This document shows positions 36,704 through 47,036 of a DNA stretch of 64,000 nt, piece after piece. The position numbers and the translations under genes were made by a program. How positions within the stretch are numbered: position 1 is the stretch's first letter; the number at the start of each line of letters is the position of its first letter. The notes beneath the pieces were generated by a model. That model worked only from the letters and a program-made list of their open reading frames with translations, was not told where the DNA came from and searched no databases. The DNA comes from a virus (lineage: Duplodnaviria > Heunggongvirae > Uroviricota > Caudoviricetes): IMG/VR virus record IMGVR_UViG_3300029705_000072; one strand, 5' to 3'.

Positions 36704-37702
36704 GTGAGCGGCGTGAACGTGGCAGAAATAATCGAGTGCGTTGATATTGTTGAGTACATATCACAATTCTGCGACCTCGAATTAAGGGCAGACGGAGAGT
36801 ACTGGGGATTATCCCCACTACAGGACGAAAACACGCCGTCATTCTCCGTAAACAAAGATAAACAAAGGTTTTATGATTTCTCTTCCGGAAAGAGCGGAAA
36901 CGTTCTCGACTTCATACGCTTCTACAATAACTGCGAATTCCACAAGGGGTTAAAAATCCTAAAGGACTACGCAAAGGTAGATGACAAAGAAGGGGTAGAC
37001 GGAGTAAAGAGACTACTGTCGACATCGATAGCTAAGAAGTACGTCACCAAGAAGAAAGCTCAGAAGGAATCAAAATCATCGATTCTTCCGCACGACTACA
37101 TGGACCGATACGAACTGAACGAAGAAAAAATGTCCGTGTGGGAAGACGAAGGTATAACGATGGATTCCATGAAAAAGTATGGAGTTCGGTATGATAAGTT
37201 TTCGGACCGCATTGTGCAACCGATCAAGAACATGAACGGCGACATAATAAATGTCAGCGGCAGAACCCTTGACAAGGACTACAAAGCAAAGAAACTTCGC
37301 AAGTACACATACTTCCACAGCCTGGGAATTCTGGACACGATATACGGACTGTCCGACAACATGGAATCAGTTCTTAAGAAAAAGGAACTGATCCTGTTCG
37401 AGGGTGCAAAGTCGGTAATGATGGCGAACGGATGGGAAATAGAGAATACCGGGGCAATCCTGACATCCCATCTTAATCCATACCAGATGAAGATAATCAT
37501 AAAGCTTGGAGTTACAGTGGTTTTCGCGCTGGACTCCGATGTAGATATAACAAAAGACCCAAACATCATGAAGCTGCTTCCGTATGTAAATGTATTTTGG
37601 GTCAAGAACAGAGACGGACTGCTAGACGAAAAAGATAGCCCTGTGGACAAGGGTTTAGATGTCTGGAAAAGTCTTTACGATAGAAGACAGCGATTGAAGT
37701 GA
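36704..37702 (+). CDS. DNA primase (DnaG-like, Toprim; degenerate zinc finger)
   Basis: TPSFSVNKDKQRFYDFSSGKSGNVLDFI corresponds to the CHC2 region with the Cys residues replaced; Toprim-like segment. Confidence 0.65.
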   Translation: MSGVNVAEIIECVDIVEYISQFCDLELRADGEYWGLSPLQDENTPSFSVNKDKQRFYDFSSGKSGNVLDFIRFYNNCEFHKGLKILKDYAKVDDKEGVDGVKRLLSTSIAKKYVTKKKAQKESKSSILPHDYMDRYELNEEKMSVWEDEGITMDSMKKYGVRYDKFSDRIVQPIKNMNGDIINVSGRTLDKDYKAKKLRKYTYFHSLGILDTIYGLSDNMESVLKKKELILFEGAKSVMMANGWEIENTGAILTSHLNPYQMKIIIKLGVTVVFALDSDVDITKDPNIMKLLPYVNVFWVKNRDGLLDEKDSPVDKGLDVWKSLYDRRQRLK

Positions 37703-37713
37703 GGGGGTGAACG

Positions 37714-39897
37714 ATGAAGCCATATGTAACATACCATCTACATAGTCATTACAGCTTGCTAGATAGCTGTACAAAGTTTGAGGACTATGTGGACAAGGCG
37801 GTCGAGCTCGGTCAGAATGCAATCGCTTCTACGGAACACGGCAAGCCAATGGGGTGGATTTCAAAGAAAATGTACTGCGATGAAAAAGGAATTAAGTTCA
37901 TTCATGGCGTGGAAATCTACCTTACTGAGTCGCTAGATGAAAAGGTCAGAGATAACTACCACACGATCCTGCTAGCAAAGAACTTCAGTGGTGTTAAAGA
38001 ACTAAACGCACTTGTTAGTAAGTCGTGTGAAGAAGACCACTTCTACTACACAAACAGAATTTCGTTCGATGAGTTCCTTGGTATTTCCGACAACATCATA
38101 AAGACGAGCGCATGTCTGGCATCACCGCTAAATAAACTGCCAGACGACCATCCGAGATATGAGGAACTGGCTAGGAAGTACGACTTCCTCGAAATACAGG
38201 CTCACGACCATCCGGATCAGGCAGCCTTCAACAAGCGTCTATACGAGCTTTCCAAAAGAATCGGTAAGCCACTGATAGTCGGGACTGATACGCACAGCCT
38301 TGATTCGTACAAGGCGGAGTGCAGAAGCGTTCTTCTGGCGGCAAAGAACAAGAACTACGGTGATGAAGACAGCTTCGATCTTACCTACAAAACATACGAC
38401 GAACTGATTGATATGTTCAAGAAACAGGGCGCGCTTCCAGAAGACGTGTACACTGAGGCTCTTGATAATACGAACCGGCTGTATGAGATGTGCGAAGACT
38501 TCGAACTGGATAAGAGCATTAAGTACCCAATACTGTACGGGTCAAGAGAGGCAGACTCAAAGAAGTTTGAGGAAACCATCTGGGCTATGTTCGAGGAAAA
38601 AGTGGCTACGGGCGTTATTACAGAAGAGCAGAAACAACCGTTCATCGACGCAATTAACGAAGAACTAAGAGTTTTTCAGAAGTTGAAGATGGATGGGTTC
38701 ATGCTTTCGATGTCAGAACTCATCAGGTGGTGCAAGAGCCATGGAATGGCGATAGGAACCGCCAGAGGCTCTGTCGGTGGTTCAAGAATAGCGTACGTCA
38801 CAGACATAATCGACCTCAATCCGGAAACGTGGAAGACGGTTTTCTCTAGATTCTGCAACGAGGACAGAACGGAGATCGGCGATATAGATATAGACGTAGT
38901 CGAATCTGATCGACCAGAGATTTTCCGACATATCATAGGGCGATTCGGTAAGGATAAGACGGCAAGAGTGGCGTCGTTCGGTACGCTGCAGGCAAAAGCC
39001 GTAATAGATGAAGTCGGACGAGCACTCGCAAAGAGATGGGAAGCGAACAATCCCGGAGCTGAAAACAACCCGTACTCATTAAAGCGAATCGCGTCTGTAA
39101 AGGATGAGTTCGATAAGGATCCAGAAGCAACGAAGGAAAAACATAAGGACATATTCTACTACTTCGATGGACTTTTAGGTACAAAGGTTTCCCAGTCAGT
39201 ACACCCAGCCGGCATGGTCATCAGCCCAATCTCACTTAATGAAAACTATGGCGTGTTCGACAAAGACGGCGACATGTGCTTGATGATGGATATGGAAGAG
39301 GCTCATGAGGTCGGCGCTGCTAAATATGACTTCCTTGTTCTTAAAACCGTACAGGTCATAAGAGATACGTGTAGGTACATAGGCACAAGTTATCCCAAGA
39401 CGAATGAAATCAACTGGCTTGACGATGAAGTGTGGGATGACGTTGCAACAAGTCCGATCGGCTTGTTCCAGTTCGAAAGCGGGTTCGCGTTTGAGTGCAT
39501 CAAAAAGTTCAGACCAAGAAGCATCTTTGATATGTCTATTGTAACCGCTTGTATCAGACCGTCTGGTACATCATATAGAGATGAACTGTTACAGCGAAAG
39601 AAGCACAAGAACCCGTCAGAGATCATCGACGGGCTTTTGAGTGAGAACCTTGGATATCTAATCTACCAGGAAGACACGATTAAGTTCCTGCAGCAGATAT
39701 GCGGGCTGTCCGGCAGTGAAGCAGACAACATCAGAAGAGCAATCGGCAGAAAACAAAAGGATAGACTTGATGCGGCGTTGCCGTCGATTCTCGATGGGTA
39801 CTGCAGTAAGTCACAGAAGCCTCGTGATGAGGCAGAGGCAGAAGCGAAAGAATTTCTACAGATAATTGAAGACAGTGCGTCTTATCAATTCGGGTGA
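37714..39897 (+). CDS. dnaE: DNA polymerase III alpha (DnaE) N-terminal exon (PHP + polymerase core)
   Basis: PHP motif YHLHSHYSLLDS...STEHG; the ORF stops inside the conserved FNKSHAAAYA region. Confidence 0.8.
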   Translation: MKPYVTYHLHSHYSLLDSCTKFEDYVDKAVELGQNAIASTEHGKPMGWISKKMYCDEKGIKFIHGVEIYLTESLDEKVRDNYHTILLAKNFSGVKELNALVSKSCEEDHFYYTNRISFDEFLGISDNIIKTSACLASPLNKLPDDHPRYEELARKYDFLEIQAHDHPDQAAFNKRLYELSKRIGKPLIVGTDTHSLDSYKAECRSVLLAAKNKNYGDEDSFDLTYKTYDELIDMFKKQGALPEDVYTEALDNTNRLYEMCEDFELDKSIKYPILYGSREADSKKFEETIWAMFEEKVATGVITEEQKQPFIDAINEELRVFQKLKMDGFMLSMSELIRWCKSHGMAIGTARGSVGGSRIAYVTDIIDLNPETWKTVFSRFCNEDRTEIGDIDIDVVESDRPEIFRHIIGRFGKDKTARVASFGTLQAKAVIDEVGRALAKRWEANNPGAENNPYSLKRIASVKDEFDKDPEATKEKHKDIFYYFDGLLGTKVSQSVHPAGMVISPISLNENYGVFDKDGDMCLMMDMEEAHEVGAAKYDFLVLKTVQVIRDTCRYIGTSYPKTNEINWLDDEVWDDVATSPIGLFQFESGFAFECIKKFRPRSIFDMSIVTACIRPSGTSYRDELLQRKKHKNPSEIIDGLLSENLGYLIYQEDTIKFLQQICGLSGSEADNIRRAIGRKQKDRLDAALPSILDGYCSKSQKPRDEAEAEAKEFLQIIEDSASYQFG

Positions 39898-40850
39898 ACG
39901 GTTCGCCCGTCCGCGTGAAAACGGTCAACTAGGTTGTAAGGCCAAGGTGGTAAGAGAGCCTAAGTCCTTCGGGATATGGTGATACCGTGCTAAGTTTTGT
40001 TTGGATAAAAAGAAAGAAAGGAGGTGTGACATGGAAAACCTGTCTGGACAGAGATTTAAAAGCCTGTTAGTAACGGATGAGTATAAAAGAGAAAAACAAG
40101 AACATGGAACAAAAATTAAGTGGAAATGCGTATGCGATTGCGGAAATGTGTTATTCGTATATGCAGACGCTCTAAAAAGAAGACGTGTTGACTACTGTAG
40201 TAAATGTAGACCGCGTGGAGTTAGAAACGATAGATTATATCACATATTCCACGGAATGATTCAAAGGTGTTATAACACAAAAAACCCGAACTACAAAAAA
40301 TACGGAAGCGCGGGTATTGTTGTTTGTGATCAATGGAAGAACTCCTACGATGAATTTAGGTATTGGGCACAGACCAATGGATACAAAGAAGGTCTTACGA
40401 TAGACAGAATAGATCCACACGGCAATTACTGCCCGGAGAATTGCAGATGGGTTAGTCTTGGTGAAAATGGCGGAAGAGCAAATATCGGTGTTCATAAAAA
40501 TAAAACAAGACTAATTAACCCAGAGGCGGTTTCGCCCGACGGCGAAGTATATAGAATATCGAACATCTCATTATTCGCAAGAGAGAATGGATTAAATCGT
40601 GCGGGCGTTAGTGCTGCTCTCCATGGAAGGTGCGACTGCGAGTATATGGGATGGAGATTTTCATCTAATAAATCCAAACAATAAAAGTGTAACGACTATC
40701 GAGAACACGTTCGCAGAGAAATACTGCGTTCGGAAGTTAGTAGAGTAGGGCGAATAAAGCCCGAAGCGCGTGGGCGCAGTTTCCGGTAAAAGGATGCTGC
40801 GTAAGATATAGTCTGCGCCGTCGGAAACGACGGATCAAAGTGACAACCAT
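39894..40850 (+). mobile_element. group I intron interrupting dnaE, carrying an HNH homing endonuclease ORF
   Basis: dnaE reading frame resumes at about 40849 (..HSIAYCLLGYLCAYYRHYYPLEF aligns with SHAAAYALLAYQTAYLKAHYPAEF); structured flanks; boundaries approximate. Confidence 0.7.
40031..40684 (+). CDS. HNH homing endonuclease (intron-encoded)
   Basis: RLYHIFHGMIQRCYNTKNPNYKKYGSAGIVVCDQWKNSYDEFRYWA and IDRIDPHGNYCPENCRWVSLGEN (HNH_3); RBS AAGGAGGTG. Confidence 0.8.
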   Translation: MENLSGQRFKSLLVTDEYKREKQEHGTKIKWKCVCDCGNVLFVYADALKRRRVDYCSKCRPRGVRNDRLYHIFHGMIQRCYNTKNPNYKKYGSAGIVVCDQWKNSYDEFRYWAQTNGYKEGLTIDRIDPHGNYCPENCRWVSLGENGGRANIGVHKNKTRLINPEAVSPDGEVYRISNISLFARENGLNRAGVSAALHGRCDCEYMGWRFSSNKSKQ

Positions 40851-41801
40851 TCAATCGCATATTGCCTACTCGGGTATCTATGTGCGTACTACCGGCACTA
40901 CTACCCACTGGAATTTATTACGTCGTTTCTGAACAACGCAGCGAACGACGATGATATACAAAGCGGCACGATCCTGGCGAAGCAAAGAGGAATTAAAATC
41001 CTGCAGCCAAAGTTCGGCCTATCAAAAGGAAACTACTTCTTTAATAAGGAAGAGAACGTGATCACCAAGGGACTCGCGTCGGTCAAATATATGGGTGATA
41101 AGGTGTCCGAAGAACTGTACAACATGTCAGTCAAGAAAGAGTACAAGCGCTTCACCGACGTACTGCTTGATATAGAACACGAGACGTCGGTCGATTCGAG
41201 ACAGTTCGAGATTCTGGTGAAGCTTGATTTCTTCTCGCGTTTCGGCAACCAAAGAGAACTGCTTTTAATCCGCGACGTATTCGATATGTTTAAGGGCGGC
41301 GATGCGAAAAAGATAAGCAGGGACAAGGTTGACGGCACGCAGTTTGAGGAAGTGGTTAGAAGGCACTCAACATGGGTGAACAAAAACGGAACCGAATCGA
41401 AAAGTTATACACTACTTCGCCCACTCGAAGTGATAAAAGAGATGGAAGATGTAATTCTCTCGATGGGTATCGAGGACATGACACCAGAGGTACGGGCTAG
41501 GAACTTCTTTGAAATCATGGGGTACGCCGGCTACATAACCGGAAACGAAGAGGACAGAAGAAAGTTGTTCGTAACGGCGGTATTTCCGGTCAAAAGAAAA
41601 AAGGACGGAATGCTGTTCGGGTACAACCTGGTGACACAGTCGATTGGGTCTGGGAAGGAAAGTAGGCTTACCGTATTCAAAAACAAGTACGGATACAAGA
41701 AGTACGATTCGGATCCAATCAAGGAAGGCGACATAATCCTTCTGAAAAAGTACGAGAGAAATGGAGCGTACTTCAATTTGGTAGATTATGTAATTTTGTA
41801 A
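40849..41801 (+). CDS. dnaE: DnaE C-terminal exon
   Basis: conserved ..AY.LL.Y..AY...HYP.EF block in frame with ORF 41058..41801. Confidence 0.7.
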
Positions 41802-41828
41802 AAGGGATTAGAGATTGGAGGAACAATC

Positions 41829-42128
41829 ATGGAAAAGTATATCGGCGGTGTAGGAGTAACCGATGTGAAGAGCACGGATACAGCAGTAAGTGGTATTAAC
41901 GAGGATAGCGGTAAGAGAGAAGTAAGATGTAATAAGTGCGGCAAGGTGATGGATTTCTTCGATCTGCAGGCAAATTTTACAATACATACCAACGTTGGAT
42001 ACGGAAGCATGTATGACGGCACCGAAATCGAGATGCATTTATGCTGCGACTGCTTCGATAAGCTCGTGGAATCCTGCGAAGTTGCACCGGTAATTCGTGA
42101 CTGGTGGAGCGATGAAAGACCAAATTAG
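41829..42128 (+). CDS. zinc-ribbon protein
   Basis: CNKCGK...CCDCFDKL. Confidence 0.45.
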   Translation: MEKYIGGVGVTDVKSTDTAVSGINEDSGKREVRCNKCGKVMDFFDLQANFTIHTNVGYGSMYDGTEIEMHLCCDCFDKLVESCEVAPVIRDWWSDERPN

Positions 42129-42165
42129 CAGAATGAAAAGTGGATTTTATTCAGAGGTGTAAATC

Positions 42166-42588
42166 ATGTCGATGAGTTTATGCGTAGAAGGAAGTGGTGA
42201 TGATATCCGCCTGTGGGCGGATATTACACCAGGACAATACGATGAGATCTATCCTTTTAACGGGTATCTAAAAACCGACTACCAAATACAGGACGGTATG
42301 AGGTATGCAACATATGTGACAGGTAGAACGCCATACTTGTCTTGGGATGGATACGATGTAGGTGTCCATATACATATTAGAGACTGGTATGGCAACAAAT
42401 ACGATTACCACTGTATGTTATACGGTGCTAGCGCTCGAGAGTCTATGGATCTAATGAGTAAGTACACTAGGTCAAATTATGATGATGTTATCAAGAGATA
42501 TGACTTGGAAGACGCTTTCAGCAGGTCGCTGGCATACGATGAAGATATATCCGAAAGTGATATGAATTTAAAAGTTCTGTATAGCTAA
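42166..42588 (+). CDS. hypothetical protein
   Basis: 140-aa ORF. Confidence 0.45.
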   Translation: MSMSLCVEGSGDDIRLWADITPGQYDEIYPFNGYLKTDYQIQDGMRYATYVTGRTPYLSWDGYDVGVHIHIRDWYGNKYDYHCMLYGASARESMDLMSKYTRSNYDDVIKRYDLEDAFSRSLAYDEDISESDMNLKVLYS

Positions 42589-42642
42589 AACATCCTAGGG
42601 TTGCCTGGGTGTATTTTTTTTGAAGTTTTTTGGGGGTGTTGT

Positions 42643-43446
42643 ATGAAAAAGAGATGGTTATTTTGCTTATTAGTTATGTTGCTGTTTTCGCTATCATTTA
42701 CGGGATGTACAGAAGAAGTAGAAAAGATAGACTACGACGTTAATGTAAATTATCTTGTTACAGCGTTAAGAGCAGCTGATGAGGGCGATGCCAAAGGTAT
42801 CATTGACGCCCTAGAGAAACGAGATGCCATGATCGATGATGGCGTTATAAATAGAGAAAAGATTTCGCCAAACGAACTGCTGAAGAGATTCGAAGAATTT
42901 ACTGGCTTCAGAAGAGGCGAAGATTATACGCAAATAATGATTGACTGTTGTGTGGAAGGCGATTTGGAAAACGGACGGATCGCAGCTGAAAAGAGAAACA
43001 AAAAGATAGAACTTTTTGAGCTGAAGGACAAGCAAATCGACTTTGACGAACTATTCATGTTCTCAAAGATCATCAGTGCAGAGGCCGGTTCATCATGGAT
43101 CCCAATGGACTGGAAGATGATGGTGGGCGAGGTTCTTTTAAACAGAGTAGATTCTCTTGAATTTCCGAACACACTTGAGGGATGCATCTACCAGACCGGT
43201 CAGTACGAATGTGTTATCTCAGGGCGGTTTGAAGTAATGCGTCCTAGGGTCGGTGCGGTAGAGGCTGCGGTGAGACTTATGAATGGAGAGCGAATCCTTA
43301 ATGACCCGTCTGTCGTATTCCAATCGAACTTCAAACAGGGTAGTGGAGTTCATTTGATTCTGCATGACGAGATTCTCGGAGATACATACCTGTGTTACAG
43401 CAACAGACCACATTTATATAAAGAGGAGGCTGATATCGTTGAGTGA
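42643..43446 (+). CDS. lipoprotein with SleB-like cell-wall hydrolase (Hydrolase_2) domain
   Basis: lipobox LSFTGC; ISAEAGSSW...VLLNRVDSLEFPNTLEGCIYQTGQYE resembles the SleB core. Confidence 0.6.
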   Translation: MKKRWLFCLLVMLLFSLSFTGCTEEVEKIDYDVNVNYLVTALRAADEGDAKGIIDALEKRDAMIDDGVINREKISPNELLKRFEEFTGFRRGEDYTQIMIDCCVEGDLENGRIAAEKRNKKIELFELKDKQIDFDELFMFSKIISAEAGSSWIPMDWKMMVGEVLLNRVDSLEFPNTLEGCIYQTGQYECVISGRFEVMRPRVGAVEAAVRLMNGERILNDPSVVFQSNFKQGSGVHLILHDEILGDTYLCYSNRPHLYKEEADIVE

Positions 43447-44032
43447 GTACACTGTACCTGATTATGGATGTGTAAGAAACATTAAGGTATATGGATTAGA
43501 CGAAAGTATTGCTAGGTCAAAGTACCCTAAGAGTGTAGACCCATTTAAAGAAAATGGGAATGTCACAAACACTGTGCTATCTCTTGCTCAATCACAAAAG
43601 GGAGAGGGGCACGACAATTATCTTTGTGGAATTGTTGCGCAGTTCGACCTAGTCTTTTCTGTAAAAGAATGGGTGGAGGCAGAAAGATATCATTTCTTCG
43701 ATATCATTTCGAGCCAGTCCACGATGCATAAGATTTCAGAGTTCGATCTGGACTTGTCGTATGACAAACACGTCGATCCAAGGGTTGTCGAGATAATGAA
43801 GGAACTTGTTGCAAGGTACAAAGAAACCGGCGACCCAGAGGACTACCTGAATGTACTAATGACAAACCCAAACGGATGCATGCTTGTTGCTGGAATAACC
43901 ACCAACTACAGACAGCTTAAGACTATGCTATCTCAGCGAGAAGCACATAGGCTTCCAAGATGGAGAGAGTTCTGCAAGGCAGTAAGAACATTCCCGATGG
44001 CTGGGGAATTTATTGTTAAAAAGAAGGGGTGA
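43438..44032 (+). CDS. hypothetical protein (probable TTG start)
   Basis: ORF preceding nrdD. Confidence 0.4.
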
Positions 44033-45191
44033 TATCTTGTTCGGTAAAGAAAGAATTAAGGTAATTAAGAAGGACGGCACTAGACAGGAGTTTAATGCCG
44101 ACAAGATTAAGAAAGCCATTACGAAGTCCGCAGAGAGAGTAATGGTAAGTCTGAATGAAAGTGATTTTGATACGGTAATCGAGTTCGTAGAAGAAAACCT
44201 TCCCGAAGACGAAGACTGCACCGTAGATGAGATGCACAACATTGTTGAGTGTGCACTAGAAGAACTGAACCCTACGGTCGCCACAAGCTACAGAAACTAC
44301 CGTAACTATAAGAAGGACTTTGTTCACATGCTGGACAAGGTGTACCAGAAGTCACAGTCGATCCGATATATTGGTGATAGAGATAATGCGAATACAGACT
44401 CGGCGCTTGTTCCTACCCAAAGAAGCCTTATCTACAACGAACTTAATAGTGCGTTGTACAAAAAGTTCTTCTTAAACAGGGAAGAACGCGAGGCAATGAA
44501 GGACGGGTATATTTACATCCACGATAGATCTGCGCGACTGGATGCTATAAATTGTTGTTTGGCAAATATTTCGAACATCTTAGACGGCGGTTTTGAGATG
44601 GGTAACGTATGGTATAACGAGCCCAAGACGCTTGATGTAGCATTTGATGTTATCTCTGATATTACAATGTCCGCCGCCGCATGTCAGTATGGCGGATTCA
44701 CAATCCCAAGAGTCGACACAATCTTGGTGCCATATGCAGAAAAGAGCTACCAGAAGTACTTAAAAGAATACTGCGATATTGTGAGCGCGCACACCGGCGA
44801 GCCTGTACTTCGAACCAGCAAAGAGGCTGACGAGTACGCAGCCAAGAAGGTGTATAGAGATTTCGAGCAAGGGTTCCAGTCATGGGAGTACCGATTTAAT
44901 ACCGTCGGTAGCAGCAGGGGTGACTACCCGTTCATCGCAATGAGCCTGGGTATTGATACGTCTCGGTTCGGTCTCATGGCTACAGAGGTTGCTCTGCGCG
45001 TAAGAATGGAAGGTCAGGGTAAGGCTGGTCATAAGAAGCCAGTGCTATTCCCTAAAATCACTTTCTTATACGATGAGAATCTTCATGGAGAAGGCGCCCC
45101 GTACGAATACCTGTTTGATGTTGCGATCGATTGCAGCAGTAAGGCAATGTACCCTAAGAAGATTGGGGCATGTTACGGCAACGTAGCATGA
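44013..45191 (+). CDS. nrdD: anaerobic ribonucleoside-triphosphate reductase NrdD, exon 1 (ATP-cone + N-terminal barrel)
   Basis: ATP-cone KVIKKDGTRQEFNADKIKKAI; class III RNR core. Confidence 0.8.
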   Translation: MLKRRGDILFGKERIKVIKKDGTRQEFNADKIKKAITKSAERVMVSLNESDFDTVIEFVEENLPEDEDCTVDEMHNIVECALEELNPTVATSYRNYRNYKKDFVHMLDKVYQKSQSIRYIGDRDNANTDSALVPTQRSLIYNELNSALYKKFFLNREEREAMKDGYIYIHDRSARLDAINCCLANISNILDGGFEMGNVWYNEPKTLDVAFDVISDITMSAAACQYGGFTIPRVDTILVPYAEKSYQKYLKEYCDIVSAHTGEPVLRTSKEADEYAAKKVYRDFEQGFQSWEYRFNTVGSSRGDYPFIAMSLGIDTSRFGLMATEVALRVRMEGQGKAGHKKPVLFPKITFLYDENLHGEGAPYEYLFDVAIDCSSKAMYPKKIGACYGNVA

Positions 45192-45480
45192 AAACCTTGT
45201 GAACCCAAATATTTGGGGTGTACAGTCGACGTTTAGTATCCGTAGGAAATGACGGATAACGATTGTGCTAACCGGGGAAGCCACGATGTGGTCAATCCGG
45301 TGGGTCGCGTTGTGCGGCCTCAATCGACTATCGAAACGATAACGCAGCACGAAGGCTGCGCGAATAACGGAGTAGAGTACTCTTTCGGTGAAATTCCGAA
45401 CGAGGAAGTGCAAGGCACCCGGCTCCAGTGAATCGGGTGATGATATAGTCAGAGCGGCACACGAGTAAGAGCGTGGTATG
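45189..45480 (+). mobile_element. ORF-less group I intron-like insert splitting nrdD (about 290 nt)
   Basis: conserved NrdD frame stops then resumes 286 nt later; GC-rich structured segment; precedent of introns in phage nrdD; boundaries approximate. Confidence 0.5.
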
Positions 45481-46536
45481 GTAACATACAGCCGCTTGGA
45501 TTTCTTATCTCTTACAGGCGAAGGGTATATCCCTTCAATGTATAAAAAGTACGGAAAGGTCGTATCTCTAATGGGCTGCCGAGCGTCCCTGTCTCCATTC
45601 TACGAACGAGGCGGAATGACACCAGCGGATGAAGATGACGTACCTGTATTTGAAGGAAGATTTAACATGGGCGCAATCTCATTACACCTTCCGATGATTC
45701 TTGCAAAAGCAAGACACGAAAACAAGGACTTCTACGATGTGCTTGACCATTACTTAGAGATGATCAGAAACCTTCATAAAAAGACCTACGATTACTTGGG
45801 CGAAAAGAAAGCATCTACAAATCCTCTTGGATTCTGCCAGGGCGGATTTTACGGCGGCCATCTAAACCCAGATGATAAGATAAGACCTCTGCTTGCTCCT
45901 ATGACAATGAGCTTTGGTATCACGGCTCTGAATGAGTTACAGGAGCTGTACAACGGCAAGTCCTTGGTAGAGGACGGAGAGTTCGCACTAGAGGTAATGA
46001 GATACATAAACGACAGAGTTAACTGGTTCAAAGAACAGGATGGTATTTTATATGCTATCTACGGAACACCGGCAGAGTCGTTGTGTGGACTTCAGGTCGA
46101 GCAGTTCAGAAAGAAGTACGGTATTGTAAATAAGGTTTCAGACAGACCATATGTGAGCAACAGCTTCCATTGCGGCGTGTGGGAAGATATCAACCCAATT
46201 GAAAAGCAGGATCTTGAAGGTCGCTTCTGGGATTTACTCAACGGTGGCAAGATTCAATACTGCAGATATCCAGTATCATACAACAAGGAAGCAATTAAGA
46301 CTCTTGTGAGAAGAGCAATGGATAAGGGCTTCTATGAGGGTATCAATCTGAGTCTTGCCTACTGCGAAGAGTGTGGGTACGAAGAACTTGACATGGATGT
46401 GTGTCCAAAGTGCGGTAGCGAATTGATCACGAAAATCGACCGCATGAACGGCTACCTTGGATATACAAGAGTTCATGGCAAGACCAGATATAATGACGCA
46501 AAGAACGCAGAAATCAAAGACAGAGTTAGTATGTAG
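45478..46536 (+). CDS. nrdD: NrdD exon 2 (glycyl-radical domain + Zn ribbon)
   Basis: MGCRASL; C-terminal CEECGY...CPKCGS and RMNGYLGYTRV (glycyl-radical region). Confidence 0.8.
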   Translation: MVTYSRLDFLSLTGEGYIPSMYKKYGKVVSLMGCRASLSPFYERGGMTPADEDDVPVFEGRFNMGAISLHLPMILAKARHENKDFYDVLDHYLEMIRNLHKKTYDYLGEKKASTNPLGFCQGGFYGGHLNPDDKIRPLLAPMTMSFGITALNELQELYNGKSLVEDGEFALEVMRYINDRVNWFKEQDGILYAIYGTPAESLCGLQVEQFRKKYGIVNKVSDRPYVSNSFHCGVWEDINPIEKQDLEGRFWDLLNGGKIQYCRYPVSYNKEAIKTLVRRAMDKGFYEGINLSLAYCEECGYEELDMDVCPKCGSELITKIDRMNGYLGYTRVHGKTRYNDAKNAEIKDRVSM

Positions 46537-46547
46537 GGGGCGATTTA

Positions 46548-47036
46548 GTGAACTATCATAACATACAGACTGTTGATATGCTGAACGGGGATGGCCTTAG
46601 GGTCACCCTGTTCGTGTCTGGCTGCGAGCATAATTGCCCTGGATGCCAGAATCCTCAAACGCACGATATCAATTCCGGCATAGAGTTCGATGAAGATGCG
46701 ATGAACGAACTGAGGGAGGAACTTAGTAAGGACTACATCTCGGGGGTTACTTTCTCCGGTGGTGATCCAATGCATCCAGAAAACAGGGATGTAGTTGCTG
46801 AAATCATTAAGGGTATAAGCGACCTTGGTAAGACTGTGTGGATTTACACCGGATACAACTGGGACGACATCAAAAACGAGGATGCTGTTTTAATGGCAGA
46901 TGTAGTTGTTGATGGAAGATTTATAGAAAAGCAGGCTGATGTAAATTACCCATGGGGCGGATCCACAAACCAAAGGGTAATAGACGTAAAGAGAAGCATT
47001 GCTGAAAAGGCGGTGAGACTATATGAAACCAATTAA
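46548..47036 (+). CDS. nrdG: anaerobic RNR activating enzyme NrdG (radical SAM)
   Basis: CEHNCPGC CxxxCxxC motif; 162 aa. Confidence 0.8.
   Translation: MNYHNIQTVDMLNGDGLRVTLFVSGCEHNCPGCQNPQTHDINSGIEFDEDAMNELREELSKDYISGVTFSGGDPMHPENRDVVAEIIKGISDLGKTVWIYTGYNWDDIKNEDAVLMADVVVDGRFIEKQADVNYPWGGSTNQRVIDVKRSIAEKAVRLYETN

Noticed and set aside
38385-39184. Minus-strand ORFs within dnaE exon 1
   Set aside because: Embedded antisense in a conserved polymerase domain.
43364-43437. Long version of ORF 43364..44032 starting at 43364
   Set aside because: It overlaps the 3' end of the lipoprotein gene by about 80 nt. A TTG start at about 43438 with an RBS (AAGAGGAGG) is more plausible, though the gene itself remains hypothetical.
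45249-45431. 60-aa ORF inside the nrdD insert
   Set aside because: Short, no RBS, and lies in a GC-rich structured segment. The insert is considered ORF-less.
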